From positions 1-64,000 of the forward strand of contig JAUCBJ010002983.1 in assembly GCA_032718475.1 (NCBI GenBank): 64,000 bases of DNA, read 5' to 3'. The translations under genes and the position numbers were made by a program. The notes under the pieces are model-generated. The model had not been told where the DNA came from. It saw only the letters and a program-made list of their open reading frames with translations, and searched no databases. Position 1 is the stretch's first letter; the number at the start of each line of letters is the position of its first letter. Shown piece by piece: positions 32,401-42,797 of this stretch. This DNA is from Nemertoderma westbladi (lineage: Eukaryota > Animalia > Xenacoelomorpha).

Positions 32401-33279
32401 AAGGTTGCAACATTTCATAATTATTGTATTATCACACGTTGATATTAAACATTATATAATTTACTTACTTGTATCGTGTTGTGTTTGTTGTTATGAAGAT
32501 GAAGAATTATTATGTTATCCGAAGTAAATAACGAAATTCCACACATAACGAAACACCCCAGTTTGTTTCCTAATTCAAGAACCAAGGTTATTGGGTTGAT
32601 ATTACTACACATGATCAGCGGTTATTTAATTACTGTGCGTATTTACGACAAAATAATAGTTTTGTTTCATTCCCCAACATTATTACACAACCGGTCGCAT
32701 CTCATTATTCACAACAAAATTCCCAAAATTGAAGTATTTCAGCTAGGCTGCTGCTGTATTATATATTATATTAGCCTATCAACTGCGCTTGGCAACATGT
32801 TGCTGTGTTATAGATGACGTGAAATGCACAAGTTCCTAAAACGGCCTATTTTTTGATGTTGATAATTTTGCGTTTTAAAATCGCTATAACTCAGCCAATA
32901 TTAATTTTTTGAAGTAAAATTGCTCTCTGGGTTTTTTCACATGGTCTTTCACATGACATGACACCAAAGAAAACTTAAAAAAATTTTCCGAGTCGCCTAC
33001 CCCATTGATGAGTTCACCCATTTCTGCCGTGATCGAAAGTACTAACAATAATATTTAACGTCTTCCAAGTTCTATGTAATATTATCGTTTATTGTGGCTA
33101 TTGACAGTGCGACAGAAATATTATTACAAGGTATAATAGTACAACGACTGAGCCCGGGATTGAGTATTGTTATTGTAGCAAATAGTAAGGTTTGTAGTGT
33201 GACACAGTGAAGTAACGAACTGAGACTGTCTCCCCAACCTGGTGCAAACCCCGGGAATTGGAAGTCCCATAGAATAAAA

Positions 33280-33585
33280 CTAAATCTCAAGGTTCGACTA
33301 TTTAGGTCAGCAGTAGAACTAATACACCTATATGGGAGTCCATGTTGGGTTGGGCTCTAACTGCTGTGGACGCCAAATCTCTGGATGGCACTTATACAAG
33401 AATGCTGCGCCGGGTTCATTGTGTCAAGTACAATGAACACATCTCCCATCAGACTCTATACAACGTGTTTCTTTAGTCTCCCCTAGATTGACACTTGAAC
33501 GGAACCGCTTCCTCTTTGCAGGGCATTGCTTTCGCCGTGGGGACCAGCCAGTGCACAATCTTGTCCTTTGGCGGCTTCATGGTAT
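33280..33585 (+). mobile_element. RTE LINE 3' fragment
   Basis: LKVRLFRSAVE..LYGS, LDGTYTRMLRRV and FAGHCFR motifs. Confidence 0.7.
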
Positions 33586-34257
33586 GAATATAAGCTTGTG
33601 ACACCTTTTAAAGAAGTACATTATATAATGGGAAAAATAAGCCCATTGTCCCATATGTGACTATTTTTCAAAACTTATTGTAGCTTGTTTGTAGGTTTTT
33701 ATATTCAAAACTGTGATTGCAATGTGGGCCTATCACAGCGAGAAGGGCCCGTACAGTACATCCCATTATAGTTTATTTAGCAATAAAATTCTGAAAACTA
33801 TCCGACCATTAATTCTCAAAAGGCGAAGTAGGGCTCGAACGCGGTACTTAGGTTTCAATATTCAGGTTATCATCAGCCGGGTGTATGTCGGGACAGCGTT
33901 ATCATACTTTTCTATTACATTATATAGTTTTAATATTTCTGACAAATTGAGTCGCCCACGATCTTAATTATAAAACATAAATTATCTGTCAAGACCTACC
34001 TGTCATCAATATCATGTACTGGTACAGTCTGTGCGCTTTTGTGTTAGGGTGCATATTAAAAGGTGGGTCGGTGGGGAGGAAATGTCCCTCTTTCTGCGGT
34101 TTGATTCAATTTCTTAAATCCCAATTTTGTGATACTATCGCACAATTTTTATGTGGGTCTCATAACTGAGCCTCGTGTTGCGCGAAGGCCTCACGAAGGC
34201 GTACTTTAGTCACATCTTTTGATAAATATGATTGACATTGACCCATTATAGGTGATA

Positions 34258-34538
34258 GGCCTATGTGAAGTATACCATAATTGCTGCTGTTATATTTCAC
34301 TTTGCAGTTTACCCCTATGTGAAGAATATCAGGTTTTCACTAAAACCACAGGTTTCAGAAAAGGCCTGATTCTAACCAAAACAATAAACGAATAAGTATC
34401 TATACAGGTTTTAAGACAGAAATAAGCACTACTGTATAAAACACTTAATGAGATATTTGAGAAAATACAAATTTTTCATATATCAAATTACAAGTACATT
34501 TCGACCGAAAAGTGAAATTTGGTATTCTTCACATGGGC
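34258..34538. mobile_element. MITE with ~19-bp terminal inverted repeats
   Basis: GGCCTATGTGAAGTATACC at the left end and GGTATTCTTCACATGGGC at the right end. Related partial copy at 348-490. Confidence 0.65.
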
Positions 34539-35144
34539 TGACCCATATGTCAAAAATTTACATTGCTGAAAAATTCAAGAATATTTGACTTCGCCAAATA
34601 TTTGTCTAATTTTGTGCATTTGAGGATGCGTCCGTAACACAGACATACAGAACAATTGCTCATTCAATGCCGTATGTATGACTGATTTTGCTTTCAATGT
34701 ATCAGAGTAAAGGCGACAATTCTTGCTATCAAATCAAGTCTAAAAATCTTCTTTTCTATTAGATGTAATGCAGTTTGTTAATTTTGGTAAACTACCAGAG
34801 GAAACGCCTGCGAACTGAGGCTCTCACGCTGGAATTGACCCTCTATTAAGAATCCACTGTTGAGTTGTTACGTGATATGATATCATATAAAGTTGTAATG
34901 TGTTGTACTATAATTTAACAACTTGCATGTCGTTGTGATGGTTTGAGAGTGACAGATTCATTATGAAATTGCACTTGTTTAATATTCACAAACATTGAAA
35001 ACAAAATGACAACATTTTATGCATTGTTATTACCATTAGTCTATAAAAAATATAGTACGTTACTGTGGAAGCTGAGCTCAGTATGCTGTTCTGTACAGCA
35101 GTATGAATCCTCAGAGACACTTCTGTAGTATGTACATCCCGAGG

Positions 35145-35279
35145 TTAGTAAAAGTATATCTTTACTTTATTGATGTCTTTGTCTGAGCATTCCCGTAGTC
35201 TATTGTAGTAGTAGAAGTTGCCATCTCTCTTCTGCAGTTTCTTTATGTAGCCGCTATCAGGCCAACGAACGACTTCAGG
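35145..35279 (-). CDS. MEIG1: MEIG1 coding exon 2 (PEVVRWPDSGYIKKLQKRDGNFYYYNRLRECSDKDINKVKIYFY*)
   Basis: Acceptor aattttcctAG, 135 nt, ends TAA. It closely matches the MEIG1 C-terminus ([42 protein letters not shown]). Not in the ORF track. Confidence 0.95.
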   Translation of the reverse strand, partial: PEVVRWPDSGYIKKLQKRDGNFYYYNRLRECSDKDINKVKIYFY

Positions 35280-35429
35280 CTAGGAAAATTTTTAACTGTA
35301 TTAGTTTCAGTTTCAAAATCAAATATCCAGAAACAATAAGATTTGCTCTACGGTATGTAAGCTTTTACTAAGTACAATATAGGGAGGGTAGATAGCAATA
35401 TTAACTGAGTACGCTGTAGATATGAATAT

Positions 35430-36175
35430 TAACTCGAAACCTCACATGAAACAAATTCTAAAGAAAATGTCAAAATCCTGCTGGAATATTCTTTAAGCTA
35501 CGCTATATCTTCCCATACACATTCTTCGTCAGTTATACGTTATCCCTATCTAACATACCGTATTTACTCGAATAAGAGACCCCCCCCCCCCCCTTCCTCG
35601 AATTAACGCCCCGTTACCATCAAATTAGCAACTTAAACGCCTTCCCCGAATAAACGCCCCGGCGCTTATATACATAGTATTACAATGTTGGGCGTTAACA
35701 TTGTTGAAAGTTAACTGATTGTTAATACTGAAGGTAACTGTAGTAGGGTGTTGTACCGCTGTAATAGGCTGCAGTGTAATAAAGATAATCCTGGTTTTAT
35801 TTGAAATATTTCATTTCTTTACTTTGTTTTCATGAATTTAACAACATTCTACATTAGATTAAAAATTCTGAAAATCTAGAAACGCCCCCACTCGAACCAC
35901 ACAATTTGTAACTTATACGCCGTCAACGAATAAACGCCTCCCTCGAATAAACGCCTCCCCAATTGGCAATTTATAAACTTAAACGCCCTGGCTCTTATTC
36001 GAGTAAATACGGTATGGCATTACTCTGGGCCAGTGCTCAAACCATCATACTAAAACCACTTCGTACACAAATCAATAAAATAATTAAGTGTATAACTCTT
36101 AGCCACTATAGAGCCTCTTCTGCTCCAATATATAAATCGCTTAATTTACTCAATTTAGACGCACTGTATCAATAG
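35430..36175 (+). mobile_element. Crack/Daphne-like LINE fragment in the MEIG1 intron, split by a MITE
   Basis: LRYILPIHILRQLY, YPYLTYGI (restored on MITE removal), INKIIKCIT and PIYKSLNLLNL. Confidence 0.65.
35558..36012. mobile_element. Tc1/mariner (pogo/Tigger-like) MITE with 21-bp TIRs and TA target duplication
   Basis: TA-CCGTATTTACTCGAATAAGAG ... CTCTTATTCGAGTAAATACGG-TA, with internal CGAATAAACGCC repeats. Confidence 0.88.
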
Positions 36176-36179
36176 AACC

Positions 36180-37385
36180 GGATGCTGAAAGGGGAAAAGC
36201 CAACACCAATTTGGACTAAAGGTCAACTAAAGCCTCTCCGTAGGAAAGGAGACCTCGGTATACCAACAAACTATCGTGGGATCTGTCTGCTTGTGGTAGC
36301 AGCCAAAATATACAACAAAATGGTTCTATATACTGTATAATTATTCCTCACATAAAGAAACCGCTGCGTAAGAGCCAAAACGGATTTCGACCAAATAGAT
36401 GAACAATAGCATTGTGCACATACTTGCACTATGCTCCACTCAAGCAACACTGCAACTGCACAGTCTTGCAGTCACAATCTTGCGGTTAGTTACACACTGC
36501 AAGATTACTGTTTGTAATTGTACTGGATTACGCAATGAGGACGGCCACAAAGGGTGAAGATCTGGGATTCACACTACAAGAACACCGAAGTAGTAGATAT
36601 CCGGCAACTACAGTTACAAAGACCGACCGACTTTGCGAATAACATCGCCCTGCTCTCTAATATGCTTGCAGATGCGCTTCTACTGAATAAAGTAGAGAGG
36701 TCTGCTAAGGAGGTTGATTTGCATATAAATGCTACCAAGACCGAATCCATGACTTTTAATAAAGTAAATAGAAACTTGAAAACAATAGATAGTAATCAAC
36801 TAAGGAAGACGACTTGACGACTTCCAGTACAGTACCTTGGATCATGGATAAAGAGTAGCAAAAAAGACAGAAGTTAGGAAAGCAAAGGCTTGGGTAGCTC
36901 TAACAAAAATGGATACCATCTGGAAATCAGATCTCTCCAGGCACTTGAAGACTAAGTTCTTTCGAGCCACAGTGGAAAGTGTACTTTATACGGGGGTGAG
37001 ACCTGGACACTGACGAAATCACTTGAACATCAAATTGATGGTTGCTACACAAGACTATTAAGGGTAGCCCAAAACATCAGCTCGAGACAACACATGACCA
37101 ACGCCGAGCTCTATGGTACTATACCACCTGTATCAACCACCCTCCGTGAACGCAGATTAAGATTCAGTGGGCACTGCTGGCGAAGTAAAGACGAGGTCAT
37201 ACCAGATATACTTTTCTGGCAACCAACACATGGAAAGCCTACCCGTGGACGACCGGCTATTACATATATAGACCAGCTTGAAAGGGATACTGAACTTGAG
37301 AGAAACGAAATGGCGACAACTTTGGAGAATCAGGAAGCCTGGAGGGATCTCATTTCCACTATCCGAGATCGCCCGGTAGTAGTAT
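36180..37385 (+). mobile_element. Decayed RTE-clade LINE (RT and 3' end), antisense in the MEIG1 intron
   Basis: KGDLGIPTNYRGICLL, QNGFRPNR, LHINATKTE and RRLRFSGHCWR...GRPAITYIDQLERDT, with a short (GTA)n tail. Confidence 0.88.
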
Positions 37386-37924
37386 CAATTAAAAAGTGGT
37401 ATCTTAAACATGGGCGAACTATCGCGGCAGCATCAGTTTATCCTTGACATGACATGACATGATGATTGATTATCCTGACATGATAAAATGATGCGAAATG
37501 GCAATAAAATGATTTCATAGAATTAGACCTCATATAGTGAAACTGCGTAAGAAGCAACATGAATTTCGACCTGTATGTCGTCGAAGCAGAGGACCTGCCA
37601 TACTTATACTGCGTACTGCAAGCGCATACTGTACAGTATATACACATCAGAGTCCATATATCCAATCATTGATCATATCACTACATAACATTAAAATACA
37701 TACATATACAAATTAATACAAATTAATTATATATCATATTATAACATTAATCATTGATCAATCATCAAACATTGCAAACGGTAGATCTGTGCGGATGCGG
37801 ACATTGCGGGCGGAGAAATGCAAGGACAAACATTTTAAACGGACTCCCCTTACGTATATACGGCAAATTGTATGTATAATGTGTGTTAAATATAAATGAC
37901 AGCTTGCGCTGCGAGTTATCTAAC

Positions 37925-38305
37925 CTTCTTTATACTGTTGTGGACTATGTAATCCACTTCATCTCTGTATCCAGCCATTTGGAATCTGTAATTTTCTTCG
38001 ACTTTATCGTCCCATCGTCTGGGGCGCTGCATAGATTGGGGCCTTAACGTCGAATAATCCACAGAATCCTCGTCCGCTCCGGACGGGAAGTTAATAATCT
38101 CGCGTCTCGAGGCGTTCTGTTTCGAAGTTATTTTAGTTCCGTTTACGAAGTTTAGCTGGGGTCTCGGCCGTGTGACAATTCCGTGTTTACTTGTGTTTCT
38201 ATTGTGTCCGGAACCCCTAGCTTGTACGTTAACCACTTTATAGGTCGATGGATAGGATGTCATAGCAGGAAACGGTTGACGCCGGGCGGCCTCGGGGGTA
38301 GACAT
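37925..38305 (-). CDS. MEIG1: MEIG1 coding exon 1, with N-terminal extension
   Basis: RPQSMQRPRRWDDKVEENYRFQMAGYRDEVDY matches the MEIG1 core ([32 protein letters not shown]). The phase-0 donor AAG/GTTAGA at 37925/37924 joins exon 2 in frame, giving 171 aa. Confidence 0.9.
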
Positions 38306-38519
38306 TCAATGATTAATTCGGAAATAGTTACGATTACATGCAATGCTCATTGATAACAACAATAAGAACTGGAATTTGATTAAAATAATTCAAAATCAAT
38401 TAATTTAATTGCTACATTATCTTGAATATATTGTACCGGTATATGATATGTAAAACTGTAACGAGCCGCTCATAAAGCTGGTAAGTCAATATTAGTAATG
38501 TTGGTTATTTGTGTTGGGT

Positions 38520-38532
38520 GTTGCTAAGTAAC
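38520..38532. promoter_or_regulatory. Candidate RFX X-box GTTGCTAAGTAAC
   Basis: Fits GTTRCY-N-RGYAAC and lies 215 bp upstream of the MEIG1 ATG; MEIG1 is a flagellar/ciliary gene. Confidence 0.55.
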
Positions 38533-38545
38533 GGATATCAAACTT

Positions 38546-38560
38546 GGCGGCAATTTTGAA
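38546..38560 (+). promoter_or_regulatory. Candidate CDE/CHR element GGCGG-CAAT-TTTGAA
   Basis: GGCGG and TTTGAA with the canonical 4-nt spacer, oriented toward TUBGCP5. Confidence 0.4.
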
Positions 38561-39591
38561 TAGTTTCCCATTATTGGACAAACTTCAGAACTTCCATACA
38601 GTTAGTACTGCAGTACTGTACAGCTGTACTGCTGTACTGCAATACAGCAATACTGCTGTACTGGCAGACTGGATTGGACAAACTTCCATATCTGCCTATT
38701 ACAGTATTACCACTTGCCAGTCAGCTCGTACAGCAGTACCATTCCTTCAATCCCTCCCCTCCCCTCCCCCTGCAGCCCTGACCCCCCTCCTTCAAATTTA
38801 ACATTTTTTGCCAGTTCCTGTCTGCTATCTGTTAGTACCGCAACCGCAACTTGGCTACCGGCAGACCGGTACGCGGTACGGTACGGCAGTACGGTACTAT
38901 CAGATTACGGTATTAGGCCTACTGTATTATCTTATTATTACAGTATTATTCATTAATAATGATTCCAGGATTTTAATCTTATTAGACTGTTAGATTACTG
39001 GATTATAGAATAGAGAGTCGAATAATCTGATAATGATTTAGCGTTTACTGGTTTAGGCAGGGTTACTACACCCTACAAGACTGCAAGACCAGTCTGCCAG
39101 TTAGCCAGTTCATAGTCCTGTAGTCAGAAGTCAGATAGACTGATAGAGCCCTGGAGCCCTAGAAGAATTGACCTTCCGATCCGATTGCCATCTGCTATCA
39201 GATTAAAACAAATGTCAGATGAAATTGATAAGGCGTTTTTAAGTAGTGTTGAAGACTAGCCTATCAGTCGGAAATTCATAAAATACAAAATTTTACAGTA
39301 GGCCTACCGGTTACCAGTCAGCCAGTTACCGTTTGCCGTTACCGGCACCGGTACAGTATTTTTGCGAAAGATTTTTAATTGTTTTTGATAATCTGATAGT
39401 ATTGGTATTGGCTGATTGGCCTATCCCTAAATCTGTAGTACTGTAAATGGCTAATTTATGTAACATCCAACATTGACTTGCATTTATATTCACTACAATA
39501 ACGCTATTATCCCAGACAGCCAGAGGGCCAGAGCAGAATAACTTACCTGCTCACCTGAAAAAATCTACTTTCATATCTTTTGTAAAGGAAA

Positions 39592-42408
39592 ATGGCAGAT
39601 TCTACTTGGAACCAAATGCGAAATAAAGAGGCGAACAAACTCCTAGGAGAATTAGTTTGCCGATTAGCGAAACTCGATGTTGGTAGTCAGCGTTACACGG
39701 AGGTCTACGAATCGGTCACAGCCTGTCGGAAGTTCCACTCCTATATGTCGGTAGACCCGGGTAAAGTCAACGCGAGTATCGATGGAGTCGTCGATAAACT
39801 CTTCGTCCATGGTCTGGGGGAGCGGTCGAGGTGTTTGCGAAACCTCGTCGACTCCTTCCTCCACTCCTACTCGCTGCGATCTGCAACTCAGACATCCGTT
39901 CTAGAATCAGAGGTGCCCCACGCCGTATTAAGTTTTCTTCTGCGTCTATCGGGACAGCCGACCGTTCCCACGTTTCCTGACTATCCATTAACAAGGAACC
40001 TCGATGTTCCATCAGAGTCTGATGATATCGACTGGGGTCGGTACCTCCTGGACGGAGAGGATTGGTACGCAGGTTCGTCGTCCTCTGAATCCTCCGACTC
40101 GGATGAGTTTACCGACGATCGCATGGAAACCATTCCACAACGCGCGCAAATATTCCCAGTTGAAGATCCTAACGAGGTAACTATCGAAACTGAAAGTAAA
40201 CAGGATGTTAGTAGCTTATATAGCGAGTTGGATAAAGTAAATAAAGAACTCGACGGACTTATAATCCGCCCTTATTGGAAGGATATCGGTTGTTATAGCA
40301 ACCGGGAGTCGGTTGTTCCCTGGCTGCTTCCCGTCGGAAGTCCCGTAGAGAATCTCGTCACCGAGACTCAGATTGTTTCAGAGACTCTTTGGCTCCTCCA
40401 GGGACAGGCGTCGCTCTGTTGCTACGCGACCAGCGACTCCGGGGACCACGTGGTCCCGACCCCGGGACTCGTCGTGTCCCATTTAACCCGGGAGTCCCTC
40501 GCCGACCGTCTGGGATACTTCGCGGGTTACGGGACCGCATTGCAGCGAATAGGCGTGTTCGTTAACCAATCCCTAACGGGGGAATGTTCTAGAACGTATC
40601 AGGCGTTCGCAGCCGCTGTTAGCGGCGTCCTCCGTAGGAATAAACGGGAGATACATAAAGTAGAAGAACTTATTTGTATCGAGGGAAATAAACCTACTTT
40701 ATTATCTCTAAAGGAGAGTTTAGCTGACTGTTTAGACCGGCTGGATTTATTGCAACGGATTTATATTGAAGGGATTGCGAATAATACATTGAGCGACAAC
40801 GTGTGTCGGTCTAACAACCTCCTACGGGTGCTGCACTCCCATCTGGTCGTCGAGGACTCTCTCGGTCGCCGCCACTCCCGGCAGTACCTCCTCCTGCTGT
40901 CCCTCCTTGTCGCCACCCTCCGTCCGTATCTCGAGATCCTCGACGGCTGGGTGTCCGACGGGCGGCTGGTCGACCGCCACCGGGAGTTCCCGGTGGCGAG
41001 GCGACCGGAAGTCGGTTGCAAGTCCCCGGGGTTCTGGGATCGCGGCTACCAAGTCTACGCGAGGACTTCCGGCGGCCGGAAGGAGCGCGCGGAAGGCGGT
41101 TTACTTGTCCCGGAGTTCCTACTTCCGGTCGTTGATAACATGCTGATTGCGGGGAAGAGTAGCGAGTTGTTTAACGTCGTCTGGTTGGAGGGGTCCGGGG
41201 GGGAGGCGAGGGGGGCGGTCGGTAGGGGGCTGCACGGGAAGTTCGTAACGTCATTACGGGAAGTGTTAGGACTGACGTCACTACTGGAGGAACTGGAGGT
41301 GGCGTCATTACCGGAGGAACCGCTGGGAGGAGTCGAGGGGCGGACGGAAGGGGATCGATTGATGGAGATACATTTCGCGTTGCTAAGTAACCCGGGGACG
41401 ACGCATCTGATCCGTGATGACGTCATTGATGTAGGTTTATGTGACGTCACTAAGTATAATCATTACACCGCGTCCCAAGTGTTCCGACACTGTCTGTACC
41501 CGCACGTATGGTCGTTGTACGACGCCTCCTCACGGCGGTTACTGTCCGCACTGTCCGACAGCTACGCGTTGTCGGACCATCTCCGTTTCGTACACTCGAT
41601 TTACTTTCTGTCCGACGGGTTGTCCGACTTCCTGACCGACTTGTTCGACAAGCTGCTGCGCGACCGACAGGGCTGGCGGGACGTCGCCTATCTGAACGGT
41701 CTGCTGTCGGACTGTCTGTCGGAGCGGCACTGCAGACGGATGGTGGACCTGACGTACGTGAGCGTGGAGGAGCAACTCGATACAGACGAGGAGTTGGCCG
41801 CAATGAAGATTCATTATCTACCGCCGTGGCCCGTTTCTTTGCTTATAAACGCCGAAACTGAAAGTAAATATCAGGTTATATTTACCGAAATACTTCAACT
41901 AAAATTGGCTAAATACAGTCTGGAGTCGTTGAGTTTCGGCGACCTCGTGGTCTCCAGGCGGGGTATCCGTGGCAACGTGGTCCACAGGGTTTTGGTACTC
42001 AGAGTTCGTCTGCTGCATTTTATCAATAGTTACCATAGTTACTTGTTATCTAGGATATATTACGGGGAGTGCTCGCGGTTGCTAGGAGACATGGAGGCGG
42101 TGAGCGATGTAGACCAGTTGCTAGGGTTACATTGGGAGTGTCTGCGGGTAGTCGGGGAGTTCGCTCTGCTCCCCAAGGCGGTTGAGCCAGTCCATCGAGC
42201 CATCCTGAAGCTCGAGCGACTGGCAATGAGCCTCGCTCGGCGATGGAGGATGGGTCCCTCTGCGTTTACCTACGACCTCATGTCGCAGCTCGAGGACCGT
42301 TTCGATAAACTATACGAGTTCCTTTGCTTGTTTCTCAGTCGGGCTGTTCGTAAAGGTAGTTTACCTCACCTAGAAGGTCTAGCAGTTCTCCTAACGACGG
42401 ATCGTTAA
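39592..42408 (+). CDS. TUBGCP5: Gamma-tubulin complex component 5, 938 aa, single coding exon
   Basis: GCP5-specific motifs DIDWGRYLLDGE, LVTETQIVSETLWLL, RTYQAF, PYLEILDGW, PWPVSLLI and a C-terminal GSLPHLEGLA. Uninterrupted ORF. Confidence 0.93.
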   Translation: MADSTWNQMRNKEANKLLGELVCRLAKLDVGSQRYTEVYESVTACRKFHSYMSVDPGKVNASIDGVVDKLFVHGLGERSRCLRNLVDSFLHSYSLRSATQTSVLESEVPHAVLSFLLRLSGQPTVPTFPDYPLTRNLDVPSESDDIDWGRYLLDGEDWYAGSSSSESSDSDEFTDDRMETIPQRAQIFPVEDPNEVTIETESKQDVSSLYSELDKVNKELDGLIIRPYWKDIGCYSNRESVVPWLLPVGSPVENLVTETQIVSETLWLLQGQASLCCYATSDSGDHVVPTPGLVVSHLTRESLADRLGYFAGYGTALQRIGVFVNQSLTGECSRTYQAFAAAVSGVLRRNKREIHKVEELICIEGNKPTLLSLKESLADCLDRLDLLQRIYIEGIANNTLSDNVCRSNNLLRVLHSHLVVEDSLGRRHSRQYLLLLSLLVATLRPYLEILDGWVSDGRLVDRHREFPVARRPEVGCKSPGFWDRGYQVYARTSGGRKERAEGGLLVPEFLLPVVDNMLIAGKSSELFNVVWLEGSGGEARGAVGRGLHGKFVTSLREVLGLTSLLEELEVASLPEEPLGGVEGRTEGDRLMEIHFALLSNPGTTHLIRDDVIDVGLCDVTKYNHYTASQVFRHCLYPHVWSLYDASSRRLLSALSDSYALSDHLRFVHSIYFLSDGLSDFLTDLFDKLLRDRQGWRDVAYLNGLLSDCLSERHCRRMVDLTYVSVEEQLDTDEELAAMKIHYLPPWPVSLLINAETESKYQVIFTEILQLKLAKYSLESLSFGDLVVSRRGIRGNVVHRVLVLRVRLLHFINSYHSYLLSRIYYGECSRLLGDMEAVSDVDQLLGLHWECLRVVGEFALLPKAVEPVHRAILKLERLAMSLARRWRMGPSAFTYDLMSQLEDRFDKLYEFLCLFLSRAVRKGSLPHLEGLAVLLTTDR

Positions 42409-42797
42409 ACCTGCGGACACACAGTCACACAGATATATTTTACTACTTATTTTTGCATGTAATGTATATATTAATGTAATAATGTAAATTCTACGTTAAT
42501 GTAAGACACTCTATACAAAATTCTAGAATTTTGAATAAGAAGAGTGTGACTAAATTTTCAGAGTAAATTTCTAGGTTTAATTTTGTTTTAATTACTAGCT
42601 ATTTCTTATAGTCCTATACCGCTGTGGTTCTGATTTTAACATAAAAAAAACAAACCTAATAATTTTAATTAATTTATTCTAATTAATATTGCTATTTGGC
42701 TTTTTGATAATAAGAAATATCAAGTGAAATCTATTGAAATAAAGTCAGAACTGAATACTGGAATATCAATTATTAAGGGAATTGTTTTGAGAGAACC

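Noticed and set aside
39664-41861. Many short overlapping ORFs inside TUBGCP5
   Set aside because: Expected in GC-rich coding DNA; no recognisable motifs.
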